NCBI GenBank assembly: GCA_963717145.1
Contig: OY970325.1
Span: 2,400,001-2,464,000 of the forward strand
Direction: 5' to 3'
From: an uncultured Armatimonadetes bacterium
GTDB taxonomy: Bacteria > Armatimonadota > UBA5829 > DTJY01
DNA length: 64,000 bases
Part shown: positions 36,234 through 46,180 of the stretch, one piece after another
Layout of the letters: every line of letters begins with the position of its first letter
Position numbering within the stretch: the stretch's first letter is position 1
Program-made: the position numbers and the translations under genes
The notes under the pieces: generated by a model
Seen by the model: the letters and a program-made list of their open reading frames with translations, nothing else
Database searches by the model: none
What the model was told of the DNA's origin: nothing

Positions 36234-37444
36234 CAGTCCAAGACTCCATTCACAATCCGGACGGCAGTGTCCACGTCTTCTCTGGTCACAATTAGCGGCG
36301 GGAGGAATCGGATGATGCTCGCACCGATCGCATTCACGATGAGCCCATCCCTCAGACACCTCGCAGCAATCTCCGAGGCATCGCTTCGGTTCGTCTCCAT
36401 GGCCACCATCAAACCGACTCCCCTGATCTCCTTGATATCGTCTCGCTTGTCCTTTAGACGCATGAGCGCGTCGCGAAAGTATGCGCCCACTTCGGCGGCA
36501 TTATCCACGAGGCGCTCGTCCTCGATGGCCTGCAGGGTCGCGAGTGCAGCCGCACACGCCAGCGGATTCCCTCCAAACGTCGAGGCGTGATTCCCCGGTT
36601 CGAATGCCGACGCGACTTTGTCGGTCGCGAGGCATGCGCCTATCGGAAATCCACCGCCGAGTGTCTTCGCCAGGCTCATGATGTCCGGCTTGATCCCATA
36701 GTGCTCGAAGCCGAACCACTTGCCGGTGCGTCCGAGACCTGTCTGCACCTCGTCAAGTATCAGCAGCAGGCCCCGGGCATCGCAGATCTGCCGGATCGAT
36801 CTCAGGTACTCCGTCGAGGCCGGATGCACCCCACTCTCACCCTGGATCGGCTCGAGCATAATCGCGCACGTGCTCGGACCGATCGCGGCTTCGAGCGCGG
36901 GGAGATCGTTGTAAGGCACGTACTTGAAGCCCGGCATCAGGGGCTCGAAATCCTTGTGATATTTCGGCTGGCCGGTAGCGGTCACCGTCGCGAGCGTTCG
37001 TCCATGGAACGACGCCTCCGCGGTGATGATCTCGAACCGCTCGGGGCCGTGGTGGAGCTTCGACCACTTGCGCGCGAGCTTGATGGCGGCTTCGTTCGCC
37101 TCGGCGCCGCTGTTGCAGAAGAACGCCTTGCCCATGCCGGACAGCCCGACCAGTTTCTTCGCGAGGGTCGGCCCCTGGGGCGTGAAGTAGAGGTTGCAGA
37201 CGTGCATCAGAGTGCCCGCCTGCTCCTGAATAGCGCCGACTACCGCCGGATGAGCGTGGCCCAAGCCGTTCACTGCGATCCCGGCGAGGAAGTCGAGGTA
37301 CTCCCTGCCCTCGGAGTCCCAGACCTTCATCCCCCGGCCTCGGACGAGCACCACCGGCTGACGTCCGTAGGTGTGCATGATGTAATCCGAATCCATCTGC
37401 ATCACCGTCTGTGTGTCAACCTCGGGTTTCGATATCACCGCCAT
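36233..37444 (-). CDS. argD: Acetylornithine aminotransferase
   Basis: FFCNSGAEANE, SFHGRT, LEPIQGE, DEVQTG, AKTLGGG, HASTFGGNP. Confidence 0.95.
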   Translation of the reverse strand: MAVISKPEVDTQTVMQMDSDYIMHTYGRQPVVLVRGRGMKVWDSEGREYLDFLAGIAVNGLGHAHPAVVGAIQEQAGTLMHVCNLYFTPQGPTLAKKLVGLSGMGKAFFCNSGAEANEAAIKLARKWSKLHHGPERFEIITAEASFHGRTLATVTATGQPKYHKDFEPLMPGFKYVPYNDLPALEAAIGPSTCAIMLEPIQGESGVHPASTEYLRSIRQICDARGLLLILDEVQTGLGRTGKWFGFEHYGIKPDIMSLAKTLGGGFPIGACLATDKVASAFEPGNHASTFGGNPLACAAALATLQAIEDERLVDNAAEVGAYFRDALMRLKDKRDDIKEIRGVGLMVAMETNRSDASEIAARCLRDGLIVNAIGASIIRFLPPLIVTREDVDTAVRIVNGVLD

Positions 37445-37469
37445 TTGTCCTCTCCTGCCAGATCATCGT

Positions 37470-37538
37470 GTGGGGGCGAACCATTGGCTGCCGGTGGCCA
37501 CCTCGTTGCACGTTCGGTAGCCAATGCTTCGCCCCTAC
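37470..37538. repeat. GTAG-type REP doublet (family H)
   Basis: ggggcgaaccattggctgcc...ggtagccaatgcttcgcccctac; homologue at 51738. Confidence 0.8.
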
Positions 37539-37544
37539 AGCATA

Positions 37545-37578
37545 GAAACGAAAAGAGACAGAGTCGTGCCTCTGCCTC
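37545..37578 (-). terminator. Intrinsic terminator in the argD leader (attenuator candidate)
   Basis: GAGGCAGAG-gcacga-CUCUGUCUC followed by UUUUCGUUUC. Confidence 0.7.
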
Positions 37579-37662
37579 TACAGTACGCTGAATCGCCGTA
37601 TTCCATTGTCATGCAGATCGGCTTTTTCATGTCCATCCGCCCTGACACTTGGTTGTTGATCT

Positions 37663-37691
37663 ATTCTACAGACCCCACGAGAAAATGTCAA
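37663..37691 (-). promoter_or_regulatory. Near-consensus sigma70 promoter upstream of argD
   Basis: TTGACA-N17-TAGAAT. Confidence 0.75.
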
Positions 37692-37695
37692 CCAT

Positions 37696-37777
37696 TTGGA
37701 GTGCGGTGGCTCGACACCGCTTTGTTCTTCGGCGGCTTGACGCCGTCCGCGAAAGCGGTGTCGAGCCACCGCACTCC
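37696..37777. repeat. Family D REP doublet
   Basis: tggagtgcggtggctcgacaccgcttt...aaagcggtgtcgagccaccgcactcca. Confidence 0.88.
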
Positions 37778-37780
37778 AGA

Positions 37781-38638
37781 TCATGCAATCATGGTGCCGA
37801 TGCCCTTGTCCGTGAACACCTCGATCAGAAGCGCATGAGGGATCGTGCCGTCGATGATGTGCGCCCGCTCGACCCCGCCGTCACGCGCCGTGACGCACGC
37901 CTCGACCTTCGGGATCATGCCCGAATCAACCGCGCCCGACCGGATCAGGCCGTGCGCCTGCTTGACGGTGAGCTGCGAAATCAGGCTCGACTTGTCGCTG
38001 AAATCCTTATAGATGCCGAGAACGTCGGTCAGCACAATCAGTTTTGACGCGACGAGAGCCGCCGCGAGTTTCCCCGCCGCGTGATCGGCATTGATGTTGT
38101 ACGTCTTACCGTCGCGACCGACCGCCACGGATGAGATAACGGGGATGTATCCCTCCCGGATCAGGGTCTGGATGAGGTCGGTGTTGATCTCCACCACGTC
38201 TCCTACGAATCCGAGATCGCCGCCCTCCGAGACCATCTTCTCCGCGACGAAAAGGTCGCCGTCCTTGCCGCTCAACCCGACGGCCTTACCGCCCTGCCGA
38301 TTGATCAGCGCCACGATGCCTTTGTTCGTCTTGCCGGTCAGGACCATCTCGACGATCTCCATCGTCTCCTCGTCGGTGACGCGCAGACCGCCAACAAAGG
38401 CGGGCTCCTTGCCGACCTTCTTCATCATCTCGCTGATCTCCGGCCCGCCGCCGTGAACGAGCACAGGCTGCATGCCGACATAGCGCATGAGCACGATATC
38501 GCGCATAACGCTTTCCTTGAGTTCGGGGTTGACCATGGCGTTGCCACCGTACTTGATGACGATGGTCTGCCCGGAGTACCGCCGTATGTATGGCAGCGCC
38601 TGAACCAGTATCTTGGCGTCCTCGATTGCCTTTTCCAC
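37781..38638 (-). CDS. argB: Acetylglutamate kinase
   Basis: VIKYGGNAM, VHGGGP, GLRVTD, YNINAD, GMIPKV; GGGAGG plus GTG. Confidence 0.96.
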   Translation of the reverse strand: MEKAIEDAKILVQALPYIRRYSGQTIVIKYGGNAMVNPELKESVMRDIVLMRYVGMQPVLVHGGGPEISEMMKKVGKEPAFVGGLRVTDEETMEIVEMVLTGKTNKGIVALINRQGGKAVGLSGKDGDLFVAEKMVSEGGDLGFVGDVVEINTDLIQTLIREGYIPVISSVAVGRDGKTYNINADHAAGKLAAALVASKLIVLTDVLGIYKDFSDKSSLISQLTVKQAHGLIRSGAVDSGMIPKVEACVTARDGGVERAHIIDGTIPHALLIEVFTDKGIGTMIA

Positions 38639-38651
38639 TAGAACCTCCCGG

Positions 38652-38763
38652 AGAACACAGATGACACAGATGGCAGATGATGGAACAGATGGAAGGGGAA
38701 CTGGGATTTCAACACCCATGAACTATCCTTATCATCCCTCTCCATCCGTGTCATCTGTGTTCT
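38652..38763. repeat. MITE-like element with 9-bp-periodic terminal inverted repeats
   Basis: agaacacagatgacacagatgg...ccatccgtgtcatctgtgttct. Confidence 0.65.
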
Positions 38764-38769
38764 TTTGCC

Positions 38770-39975
38770 TTACGTATGGTACTCCGCGTTGATGCGGATG
38801 TAGTCGTATGAGAAATCGCAGGTCCAGACGGTCGCGGATCCCTGCCCACTTCCGATTCTGAGCAGGACGGCGACCTCCCGATTGGTCAGGTATTCGTGTG
38901 CCTGCTGCTCCGAAAAGTCCGTCGGCTCGCCGTTCTCGATGAGCGCGATCGGCCCGAAGCTGAGCTTCACGTCGGCCGGATCGAAGTCGACGCCTGCCCT
39001 TCCGGCGGCGGCTAGCACCCTGCCCCAGTTCGGATCCTTGCCGAACATGGCCGTCTTCACGAGGGGCGAGTTGGCGATCGTCTTGGCCACCGACCGAGCA
39101 TCCTCGAAGGAACGAGCGCCTTCGACCTTGATCTCGATAAACTTCGTCGCCCCTTCGCCGTCCGATGCGATCTGTTTGGCCAGCGACGTGGTGACGAAGT
39201 CGAGCGCCTCCTGGAAGGCATCGAGTTCGGCGGTCCCCTGCCCAAACTGCGGGTAGCCGGCTGCTCCGTTCGCCAGGATGATGACGCTGTCGTTCGTGCT
39301 GCTGTCACCATCGACGGTCAGGCAGTTGAACGACGTCTCGACCGACTTCGACAGGCACGACTGCAGCAGGTCGGGCGCGAGGGCGGCATCCGTCGTGATG
39401 AACGCGAGCATCGTCGCCATGTTCGGGCAGATCATGCCCGCGCCCTTGGCGATCCCGCCGATGCGGATGACCTTCCCCCCGAGAGTGAATTCGACGCAAG
39501 CCGTCTTGGGCCGAGTATCGGTGGTCATGATCGCACGAGCGGCGAGTGGGCCGCCCCCGTCGCTCAGAGTCTCGCGTGCCTGCTTGATTCCGGCCAGAAT
39601 CTTGTCCATCGGAAGCCGTTTGCCGATGATACCCGTCGATGCGACGAGAACATCCTCCTCAGTCACCTCGAGGAGCCCGGCAGCCTCATTCGCCGTCCGC
39701 AATGCATCCTGGTGGCCGGCCTCTCCCGTGCAGGCATTCGCATTCCCGCTGTTGACGACGATCGCCCGCGCGGTCGCCCTGGGAAGCCTGAGAGAGTCGA
39801 TCTGCACCGACGCGGCCTTGACCACGTTCGTCGTAAAGACGCCCGCCGCCGATGCCTGGCGCTCCGAAACGATGAGCGCGAGGTCCTCTCCCTGCTCCTT
39901 GATCCCGGCTCGGACTCCCGACGCCAGGAATCCCGCGGGCGCGGTGACTGTACCTTCTATCTCTTTGAAACTCAT
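38770..39975 (-). CDS. argJ: Glutamate N-acetyltransferase / ornithine acetyltransferase
   Basis: NSGNANACTG, IMTTDT, KGAGMICPNMATML, DGEGATK, DPNWGR. Confidence 0.97.
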   Translation of the reverse strand: MSFKEIEGTVTAPAGFLASGVRAGIKEQGEDLALIVSERQASAAGVFTTNVVKAASVQIDSLRLPRATARAIVVNSGNANACTGEAGHQDALRTANEAAGLLEVTEEDVLVASTGIIGKRLPMDKILAGIKQARETLSDGGGPLAARAIMTTDTRPKTACVEFTLGGKVIRIGGIAKGAGMICPNMATMLAFITTDAALAPDLLQSCLSKSVETSFNCLTVDGDSSTNDSVIILANGAAGYPQFGQGTAELDAFQEALDFVTTSLAKQIASDGEGATKFIEIKVEGARSFEDARSVAKTIANSPLVKTAMFGKDPNWGRVLAAAGRAGVDFDPADVKLSFGPIALIENGEPTDFSEQQAHEYLTNREVAVLLRIGSGQGSATVWTCDFSYDYIRINAEYHT

Positions 39976-40001
39976 AGCGGTGTCCTCTGGTTTTCGCCAC
40001 G

Positions 40002-40031
40002 ATGATAGCATTACGGGCAACCGTTTGGCAA
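40002..40031 (-). promoter_or_regulatory. argJ promoter candidate
   Basis: TTGCCA-N18-TATCAT with extended -10 TG. Confidence 0.5.
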
Positions 40032-40037
40032 ACCTTT

Positions 40038-40122
40038 GGAGTGCGGAAGCGGGAGGGCGAGGCTCCGTCCGAGCCGGGATACATGGCTCGGACGGAGCCT
40101 CGCCCTCCCGCTTCCGCACTCC
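40038..40122. repeat. Perfect 38-bp-arm composite REP palindrome
   Basis: ggagtgcggaagcgggagggcgaggctccgtccgagcc, 9-nt loop, exact reverse complement. Confidence 0.88.
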
Positions 40123-40192
40123 GAAACACAAAAGGCCGGAGCAAGATGCCCCGGCCCGGAAAAGTGACGAGTGATGGCTATCCGAGCGCGGT

Positions 40193-41005
40193 CTAAGACC
40201 TACGAGCGGCGACGAGCCAATTGGTGTATCGGGAACCGAGCAGATTGTCTATGCCGACTCCACCTCGGGATGAGGACGAGTGGATGAACATGCCGTTGCC
40301 CATGTATATGCCCGCATGGTCGACCGCGCCACCCTTGCAGCAGAAGTAGAGCCGATCGCCGGCCTGAAGCTGGCTGAACGACACAGCCGTCCCAACGTTC
40401 GCCTGGTCCCGCGCGACTCTCGGCAGGCTGACACCGTGGCTGGCGAAGACGGCTTTGACGAACCCGGAGCAGTCCAGGCCACTGAATGAATAGCCGCCCC
40501 AAACATACGGGATGCCGAGGTATTTGATCGCGGTGTTGACGACCTGACTGCCCGATGCGCTCGACGCGGTCTGCGTGCCGACAACCTGGTAGTCGAGCAG
40601 GCTCACCGATTTCTTCGCGATCCATCCGGTGCTCCCGTTGGACATCAGGACGCCGTACCAGGCGCTGTTTTCGCCGACAATGGCGATATAGGTGTCCTTC
40701 GAGCACGTGTAGTACGTGCGGCCCTTCGAACTCGGGACTGACTCGATGTCCGCCTTGGCGGAGATGATAACGCCGACCCGGCCGATGGGCGCTTCTTTGC
40801 CTGAGGCCTTGGTCTGAGTCTCCGCTCGGTACTGCTGCGTGGAGGCGTTCGCTCTGGTTGCGCCCGTCGTCTCGTGATTCAAGCGCATTTCCGCGCTCTT
40901 CGACGGCGACGCATCGAGAGTTATGGTGAGAGTCTGTTCTGCAACCGCACAGGATCCGAGGATGGCAAGAAGCGCCAACCCCGGTAGTATCAACCTTCGC
41001 AACAT
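40193..41005 (-). CDS. SH3 plus NlpC/P60 cell-wall peptidase
   Basis: Signal peptide; WYGV...TGWI SH3-like; YLGIPYVWGG, DCSGF, HAGIY. Confidence 0.92.
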   Translation of the reverse strand: MLRRLILPGLALLAILGSCAVAEQTLTITLDASPSKSAEMRLNHETTGATRANASTQQYRAETQTKASGKEAPIGRVGVIISAKADIESVPSSKGRTYYTCSKDTYIAIVGENSAWYGVLMSNGSTGWIAKKSVSLLDYQVVGTQTASSASGSQVVNTAIKYLGIPYVWGGYSFSGLDCSGFVKAVFASHGVSLPRVARDQANVGTAVSFSQLQAGDRLYFCCKGGAVDHAGIYMGNGMFIHSSSSRGGVGIDNLLGSRYTNWLVAARRS

Positions 41006-41233
41006 TAAGTGCCCCCAGGAACCGGTATCTTTGGGTATATTCCCAAACAGAGGCAAGCGCTAACCATCTGAGCATGCCTCTGTATGATTATCGGCTCGGT
41101 AACGGCAAGAACCGTATACCTCGGCAACAATATCCGGCAGATATGCCTGGTGCGCCCTCTTGCGGCGCTGAAAAACGTCCAGGCCTGCCAATCTATAGAC
41201 GACGGAATCGGCCCCGCATGTTCCGTGCGGTCC

Positions 41234-41263
41234 TGGAGTGCGGTGTCGAGCCACCGCACTCCA
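41234..41263. repeat. Collapsed family D REP hairpin after rpsI
   Basis: tggagtgcggtg-tcgagc-caccgcactcca. Confidence 0.7.
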
Positions 41264-41269
41264 AAACGA

Positions 41270-41665
41270 TTAGCGCTTTGAGAACTGGAACGCGCGCCGT
41301 GCTCTCTTGCGGCCGTATTTCTTGCGCTCCTTGACTCGCGGGTCTCTGGTCAGGAAACCGAGACGGCGCAGAACGGTGCGATACTCGGGATCGGCCTCGA
41401 TGAGCGCCTTGGAGATCCCGTGGCGAATCGCGCCGGCCTGGCCGGATATGCCACCGCCCAAGACGTCGGCTCGGACGTCGAACCTGCCGGAAGCCTCGAC
41501 TGCCTCCATCGGCTGAACGATCAGCATCTCGAGCGTCTTGCGCCCGAGATACGCCTCAGCAGTCCGACCGTTGACGGTGATCGCGCCGGTGCCCGGCGAC
41601 AGCCATATCTTCGCGGTGGCGTTCTTCCTGTGACCCGTAGCGTAGTATCTTGCGTCTTTTGCCAC
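41270..41665 (-). CDS. rpsI: 30S ribosomal protein S9
   Basis: [20 protein letters not shown]...QFSKR. Confidence 0.98.
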   Translation of the reverse strand: MAKDARYYATGHRKNATAKIWLSPGTGAITVNGRTAEAYLGRKTLEMLIVQPMEAVEASGRFDVRADVLGGGISGQAGAIRHGISKALIEADPEYRTVLRRLGFLTRDPRVKERKKYGRKRARRAFQFSKR

Positions 41666-41678
41666 TAAGATGTTCCTC

Positions 41679-42107
41679 CTAAATCTCCAGAGCCTCGGGC
41701 TGCTGCGCCTCGTGGGGATGCTCGGCGCCTCTGTAAACCCTCAGCTTCTTAAGCATGAGCGCCCCCAATGTGTTGTGCGGGAGCATACCCTTCACAACCT
41801 TCATGAGCAGCTTTTCAGGCTTGTCTGCCAGCATTCGGCCGTAGGTGGTGCTTCGGATGCCGCCCGGATACTGGGTATGCCAGTAGATCGGCGCGTCGGG
41901 CTTGCTGCGGCCGGTCATGACGACCTTGTCTGCGTTGATGATGATGACATGGTCCCCGGTGTCGATGTGCGGCGTGAAAATCGGCTTGTGCTTGCCGCGC
42001 AGTATCTTCGCGACTTGTGAGGCAAGGCGACCCATCGACTTCCCCTCAGCGTCGACGACATACCATTTCCGCACGATATCCTTTGGTTTTGCCGTGTATG
42101 TCCTCAT
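41679..42107 (-). CDS. rplM: 50S ribosomal protein L13
   Basis: WYVVDA...[23 protein letters not shown]. Confidence 0.98.
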   Translation of the reverse strand: MRTYTAKPKDIVRKWYVVDAEGKSMGRLASQVAKILRGKHKPIFTPHIDTGDHVIIINADKVVMTGRSKPDAPIYWHTQYPGGIRSTTYGRMLADKPEKLLMKVVKGMLPHNTLGALMLKKLRVYRGAEHPHEAQQPEALEI

Positions 42108-42120
42108 GTTGCTACTCTCC

Positions 42121-42855
42121 CTAGTACTCCACATTGGTCAGGCACAATCCCTGTGGCGGGGCGCTCACACCGGCCGCCTGCCGGTCGCACGCATCGAGGA
42201 TGACTGATATCTCCTCGACGCGGCGCTTGCCCTGCCCGACCTCGACGATTGTGCCGATGATCGCTCTCGCCATGCCTGTCAGAAATGCATTCGCCTTGAT
42301 GACGAACAGAATCTGCTCTCTGTCCCTGCAGACCGTAATGCCTGCTAAGTGCCTGATCGTGCTTCCACCGCGCCGATAAGGCATCCCGAACGAGGCGAAA
42401 TCCCTCGTGCCCTCGAAATATCCGCTCGCTGCGGCCATCGCCTGCATATCGAGCGGCTGAACTATGTGCCAAGCATACCGCCCCATGATCGCGCACGGCT
42501 CCGGCGTGTTGAGCACCGTATAGACGTAGGTCCTCAGTTTCGCCGAGCGCCTCGCATGGAAGCTCTCGGGCGCTTCCTCGCAGCGCTTGATCCGAATGTC
42601 CGGTGACAGCCGGCCGTTCATTACGGTAACAAGGTTCGCGGTCGGGATCGATCCGGGCGCGCGGAGGTTCACCACTTGCCCGGTCGCATGTACTCCGGCG
42701 TCGGTCCGACCGGCTCCGACGACCTGAATCGGTCCTCCGAAGACCGCCTCCGCGGCGGCTTCGAGTTCCCCCTGCACCGTGCGCTTCGACGGCTGCTTCT
42801 GGAATCCGTAGAAGTCAGTGCCGTCATACCCGATGGTCGCCTTCACGTTGCGCAC
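42121..42855 (-). CDS. truA: tRNA pseudouridine(38-40) synthase
   Basis: [25 protein letters not shown]. Confidence 0.96.
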   Translation of the reverse strand: MRNVKATIGYDGTDFYGFQKQPSKRTVQGELEAAAEAVFGGPIQVVGAGRTDAGVHATGQVVNLRAPGSIPTANLVTVMNGRLSPDIRIKRCEEAPESFHARRSAKLRTYVYTVLNTPEPCAIMGRYAWHIVQPLDMQAMAAASGYFEGTRDFASFGMPYRRGGSTIRHLAGITVCRDREQILFVIKANAFLTGMARAIIGTIVEVGQGKRRVEEISVILDACDRQAAGVSAPPQGLCLTNVEY

Positions 42856-43211
42856 TAGTCGGCGGCCAACTCCAGCTTGACCATCGGAGCGGCATCGCCT
42901 CTCCGGAAGCCGATCTTAGTGATCCGGGTGTATCCTCCCGGCTTGGCGGAAAACTTGGGCGCGATAGTATCGAACAGAACCTTCACGAGATCCTCGTCGT
43001 TCAGCACGCGGCGAGCCTGCCTGCGAGAGTGCAGGTCGTTTGTCCTCGCGATGGTGATAATCTTCTCGGCGATGCTGCGCACATCCTTGGCCCTGGTTTC
43101 AGTGGTGCGAATCTCGCCCCGTTCGATGAGGGCGCGCACGAGTCCTTTGAGAAGGGCTCTCCGCTGATCACTCGGCAGACCGAATTTTCTCCCTGCTACT
43201 CTATGTCGCAT
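42855..43211 (-). CDS. rplQ: 50S ribosomal protein L17
   Basis: MRHR, GGYTRI, RRGDAAPM. Confidence 0.98.
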   Translation of the reverse strand: MRHRVAGRKFGLPSDQRRALLKGLVRALIERGEIRTTETRAKDVRSIAEKIITIARTNDLHSRRQARRVLNDEDLVKVLFDTIAPKFSAKPGGYTRITKIGFRRGDAAPMVKLELAAD

Positions 43212-43233
43212 TCGTCGTCACTTCACCTTTCAG

Positions 43234-43298
43234 GTAGTGGCCGTGCCTCCGTGCCGGCCAGGTCACCCCGACGGCCGGCACTGAGGCACGGCCACTAC
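43234..43298. repeat. Family C REP doublet between rpoA and rplQ
   Basis: gtagtggccgtgcctccgtgccggcc...ggccggcactgaggcacggccactac. Confidence 0.88.
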
Positions 43299-43309
43299 AG
43301 ATAGCTCAA

Positions 43310-44395
43310 TCATTCGGCCTCTGCCGAGATCTCTTCCTCTGCGACCTCGTCCTCTGCCTCATCCTCGCCCTCGTCCTCGATCTCGTTCTCTTCCGACTCA
43401 GGCGCTCCTTCGACGACTTCAGGAGGGACCGCACCCTCTTCGCCGACCTTCTTGAGGCTCAAGCCGAGTTGCGCGAGCTTATCCTTGACCTCATTCAACG
43501 ACTTGCGGCCGAAGTTGCGGATGTTCATCAGATCCTGCTCGCTGATCTGCACAAGCTCGCCGATGGTCAGGATGTTGGCCTTCTTCAGGCAGTTATAGGT
43601 TCGCACGGAGAAATCGAGTTCTTCGATCCTGGCATCCGGCGCTCTGATCTCGGACTCCTCGCCGAAGAGATCATCGCCCTCATAGGCAGTCGGGCCTCTC
43701 CCACCGGCAAAGTCGGTGAACATCCGAACGTGCCTGTCGAGCGTTCTGGCAGCCTCGCCGAGCGCCTCGATCGGCTGCATCGTGCCGTTCGTCCAGATCT
43801 CGAGAACGAGTCGTTCGAAATCCGACCTGTGGCCGACCCGCGTCGGTTCGACGATGTAGTTGGCCCTGCTTACCGGAGTGAACGCAGCCCCGACCGGAAT
43901 GACGCCGATGATCGGCTTGACCTTCTCCTGTTTGTCCGGCAGCACATATCCCTTGCCAAGCTCGACGGTCATTTCCATGGAGAGCGAAGCCGACTCGTCG
44001 CTGATCGTGGCGACGTAGGCCTCCGGATTCGCGACCTCGACGCCGGCTGGAGTGCGGATGTCCGCCCCTGTGACTTCGCCGGCGCCCTTCACGTCGATCC
44101 AGATCGTCTTCGGTTCTCTGGAAGACCCGTCATGCTCCATCTTGACGTGAATGCTCTTCAGGTTCAGAAGAAGCTCCGTGGTGTCTTCCTTCACGCCCGG
44201 GATCGTCGAGAACTCGTGCAGCACGCCATCGATCTTCACCGAAGTAATGGCAGCCCCGGTTATCGAGGACAGCAGTATGCGGCGAAGTGCATTGCCCAGC
44301 GTGACGCCGAACCCTCTCTCCAGCGGCTCGATGTCGAACTTGCCATATGTTTCTGCCTGTTCCAGTGCCTTGATGCCAGGCGCAATCTGTTCCAT
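43310..44395 (-). CDS. rpoA: RNA polymerase alpha subunit
   Basis: EPLERGFGVTLGNALRR, FSVRTYNCLK, NFGRKSL. Confidence 0.98.
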   Translation of the reverse strand: MEQIAPGIKALEQAETYGKFDIEPLERGFGVTLGNALRRILLSSITGAAITSVKIDGVLHEFSTIPGVKEDTTELLLNLKSIHVKMEHDGSSREPKTIWIDVKGAGEVTGADIRTPAGVEVANPEAYVATISDESASLSMEMTVELGKGYVLPDKQEKVKPIIGVIPVGAAFTPVSRANYIVEPTRVGHRSDFERLVLEIWTNGTMQPIEALGEAARTLDRHVRMFTDFAGGRGPTAYEGDDLFGEESEIRAPDARIEELDFSVRTYNCLKKANILTIGELVQISEQDLMNIRNFGRKSLNEVKDKLAQLGLSLKKVGEEGAVPPEVVEGAPESEENEIEDEGEDEAEDEVAEEEISAEAE

Positions 44396-44454
44396 AGTGT
44401 TATCTCCAATCCCCAGAAACTGGGACTACCGTTACTCATTCCTCGAACACGCAT

Positions 44455-44518
44455 GTAGCCCAGATCCCTGCGGGGCCTCGAACCTGGACTCGCCAACGGG
44501 CGCAATGCCCGGGACTAC
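44455..44518. repeat. Degenerate GTAG-type REP between rpsD and rpoA
   Basis: gtagcccag...ccgggactac termini. Confidence 0.45.
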
Positions 44519-44525
44519 GGCTAGG

Positions 44526-45155
44526 CTATCTGGAGTAGAACTCCACTATGAGAGTCTCCCGTACGTCCGTATCGATCTCATCGCGAGTGGGAATGCGAAG
44601 AACCGAACCTCTCCTGGCCTCAGGGTTGATCTCGAGCCACGATGGGCTCCGTGAACCGGCTGACGATTGGAGCGACTCCATGATCGGATGAAGATTCTTG
44701 CTCGACTCTTTGACCTCGATCACATCTCCCGGCTTGAGGATATACGAAGCAGTGTTGACCTTCCGTCCATTCACCTGGAAATGGGCGTGGCTGACCAACT
44801 CGCGAGCCTGCCGACGTGAGCATGCGAACCCGAGTCTGTAGACGGCGTTGTCCAAACGCAGTTCCAGCAACTGGAGCACTACCTCGCCGGTGATCCCGGT
44901 CTGGCGCATGGCTTCCTTCATATAACCGCGGAACTGCCCCTCGATGACACCATAGATTCGGCGCAGTTTCTGCTTCTCACGGAGCTGAACGCCATACTCC
45001 TTGATCTTCCTCTGGACGACCTGTCCGTGCTGACCGGGAGCGTAGCTCCTCCGCTCGAAGGAGCACTTCCTGGTGTAGCATCTCTCGCCCTTGAGGAAGA
45101 GCTTCGCGCCCTCTCGCCGACAGAGCCTGCATACGGATTCTGCTATTACAACCAT
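44526..45155 (-). CDS. rpsD: 30S ribosomal protein S4 (Cys-containing form)
   Basis: CRLCRREG, PGQHG, LREKQK, RLDN. Confidence 0.98.
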   Translation of the reverse strand: MVVIAESVCRLCRREGAKLFLKGERCYTRKCSFERRSYAPGQHGQVVQRKIKEYGVQLREKQKLRRIYGVIEGQFRGYMKEAMRQTGITGEVVLQLLELRLDNAVYRLGFACSRRQARELVSHAHFQVNGRKVNTASYILKPGDVIEVKESSKNLHPIMESLQSSAGSRSPSWLEINPEARRGSVLRIPTRDEIDTDVRETLIVEFYSR

Positions 45156-45175
45156 GTCTTCTACTCTCCTCAGCC

Positions 45176-45568
45176 CTATACTCTACGTCTCTTCGGCGGG
45201 CGGCAACCATTGTGCGGGATGGGCGTAACGTCCTTGATTGTGCTGACATCGAGACCCACGGCCTGGAGCGACCTGATGGCGGTCTCCCGACCGGAACCCG
45301 GACCCTTGACGTAAACGTCGACTCTCTTCAAGCCATGCTCCATAGCCTTGCGCGCAGCGGACTCGGCGGCCAACTGAGCCGCGAATGGAGTCCCCTTCCG
45401 GGAGCCTTTGAAGCCGACGGTCCCCGCACTCGCCCACGATATCACGTCGCCTTTCGCATCTGCTATCGCCACAACGGTATTGTTGAAAGTGGACTTGATA
45501 TGGGCGATGCCCTGGACGATATTCTTCTTCTCTTTTTGCTTGCCTCTCGCCGATACTTTCTTAGCCAA
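45176..45568 (-). CDS. rpsK: 30S ribosomal protein S11
   Basis: [22 protein letters not shown]. Confidence 0.98.
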   Translation of the reverse strand: MAKKVSARGKQKEKKNIVQGIAHIKSTFNNTVVAIADAKGDVISWASAGTVGFKGSRKGTPFAAQLAAESAARKAMEHGLKRVDVYVKGPGSGRETAIRSLQAVGLDVSTIKDVTPIPHNGCRPPKRRRV

Positions 45569-45580
45569 TCGGAATCCTCC

Positions 45581-45952
45581 TTATTTCTTTCGCCTGATGC
45601 CGACGGTCCGTCTCGGGCCTTTTCGGGTACGAGCGTTCGTACTGGTCCTCTGGCCTCGGACGGGCAGCCCACGACGGTGTCGCAAGCCTCGGTACGATCC
45701 GATTTCCATCAGACGGCGGATATTGAGCGATACCTGGCGCTTGAGGTCGCCTTCCACGCGGAAATCGCGGTCGATCGTCTCCCTCAGTTTGTTGATCTCG
45801 GCTTCGGTCAGGTCGCGCACCCGAGTCGCGGGGGCAATACCCGTACCGGTCAGGATCTTCCTGCTGCTGGTAAGACCGATGCCGAAGATATACGTCAGTG
45901 CTGTTTCGATGTTCTTGTCACGAGGGAGATCGACTCCCGCAATTCTAGCCAA
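45581..45952 (-). CDS. rpsM: 30S ribosomal protein S13
   Basis: [20 protein letters not shown]. Confidence 0.98.
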   Translation of the reverse strand: MARIAGVDLPRDKNIETALTYIFGIGLTSSRKILTGTGIAPATRVRDLTEAEINKLRETIDRDFRVEGDLKRQVSLNIRRLMEIGSYRGLRHRRGLPVRGQRTSTNARTRKGPRRTVGIRRKK

Positions 45953-45967
45953 GGGTTGTGCCTCCGT

Positions 45968-46081
45968 TTAGCCTTGTCGCTGCTTATGCTTCGGTTTGTC
46001 GCAAATGACCCGCACGACGCCCTCGCGGCGGATCACCTTACACTTATCACAGATCTTCTTTACAGATGCTCGAACTTTCAA
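45968..46081 (-). CDS. rpmJ: 50S ribosomal protein L36 (Zn-binding form), not in ORF track
   Basis: TTG start; [37 protein letters not shown]. Confidence 0.96.
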   Translation of the reverse strand: MKVRASVKKICDKCKVIRREGVVRVICDKPKHKQRQG

Positions 46082-46123
46082 CTTGACTGCCTCCGGATCT
46101 GCACGACGCCGTGCCAACCCTTG

Positions 46124-46152
46124 ATTATATCTGAAAACTCACGCTTTTGCAA
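46124..46152 (-). promoter_or_regulatory. Promoter for rpmJ-alpha operon
   Basis: TTGCAA-N17-TATAAT. Confidence 0.7.
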
Positions 46153-46180
46153 GTACTCCGCCCGATCGGCTTATCCGCCA

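Noticed and set aside
37578-37660. Alternative leader peptide ending GIRRFSVL with tandem Arg codons
   Set aside because: No start codon in that frame downstream of the predicted transcription start.
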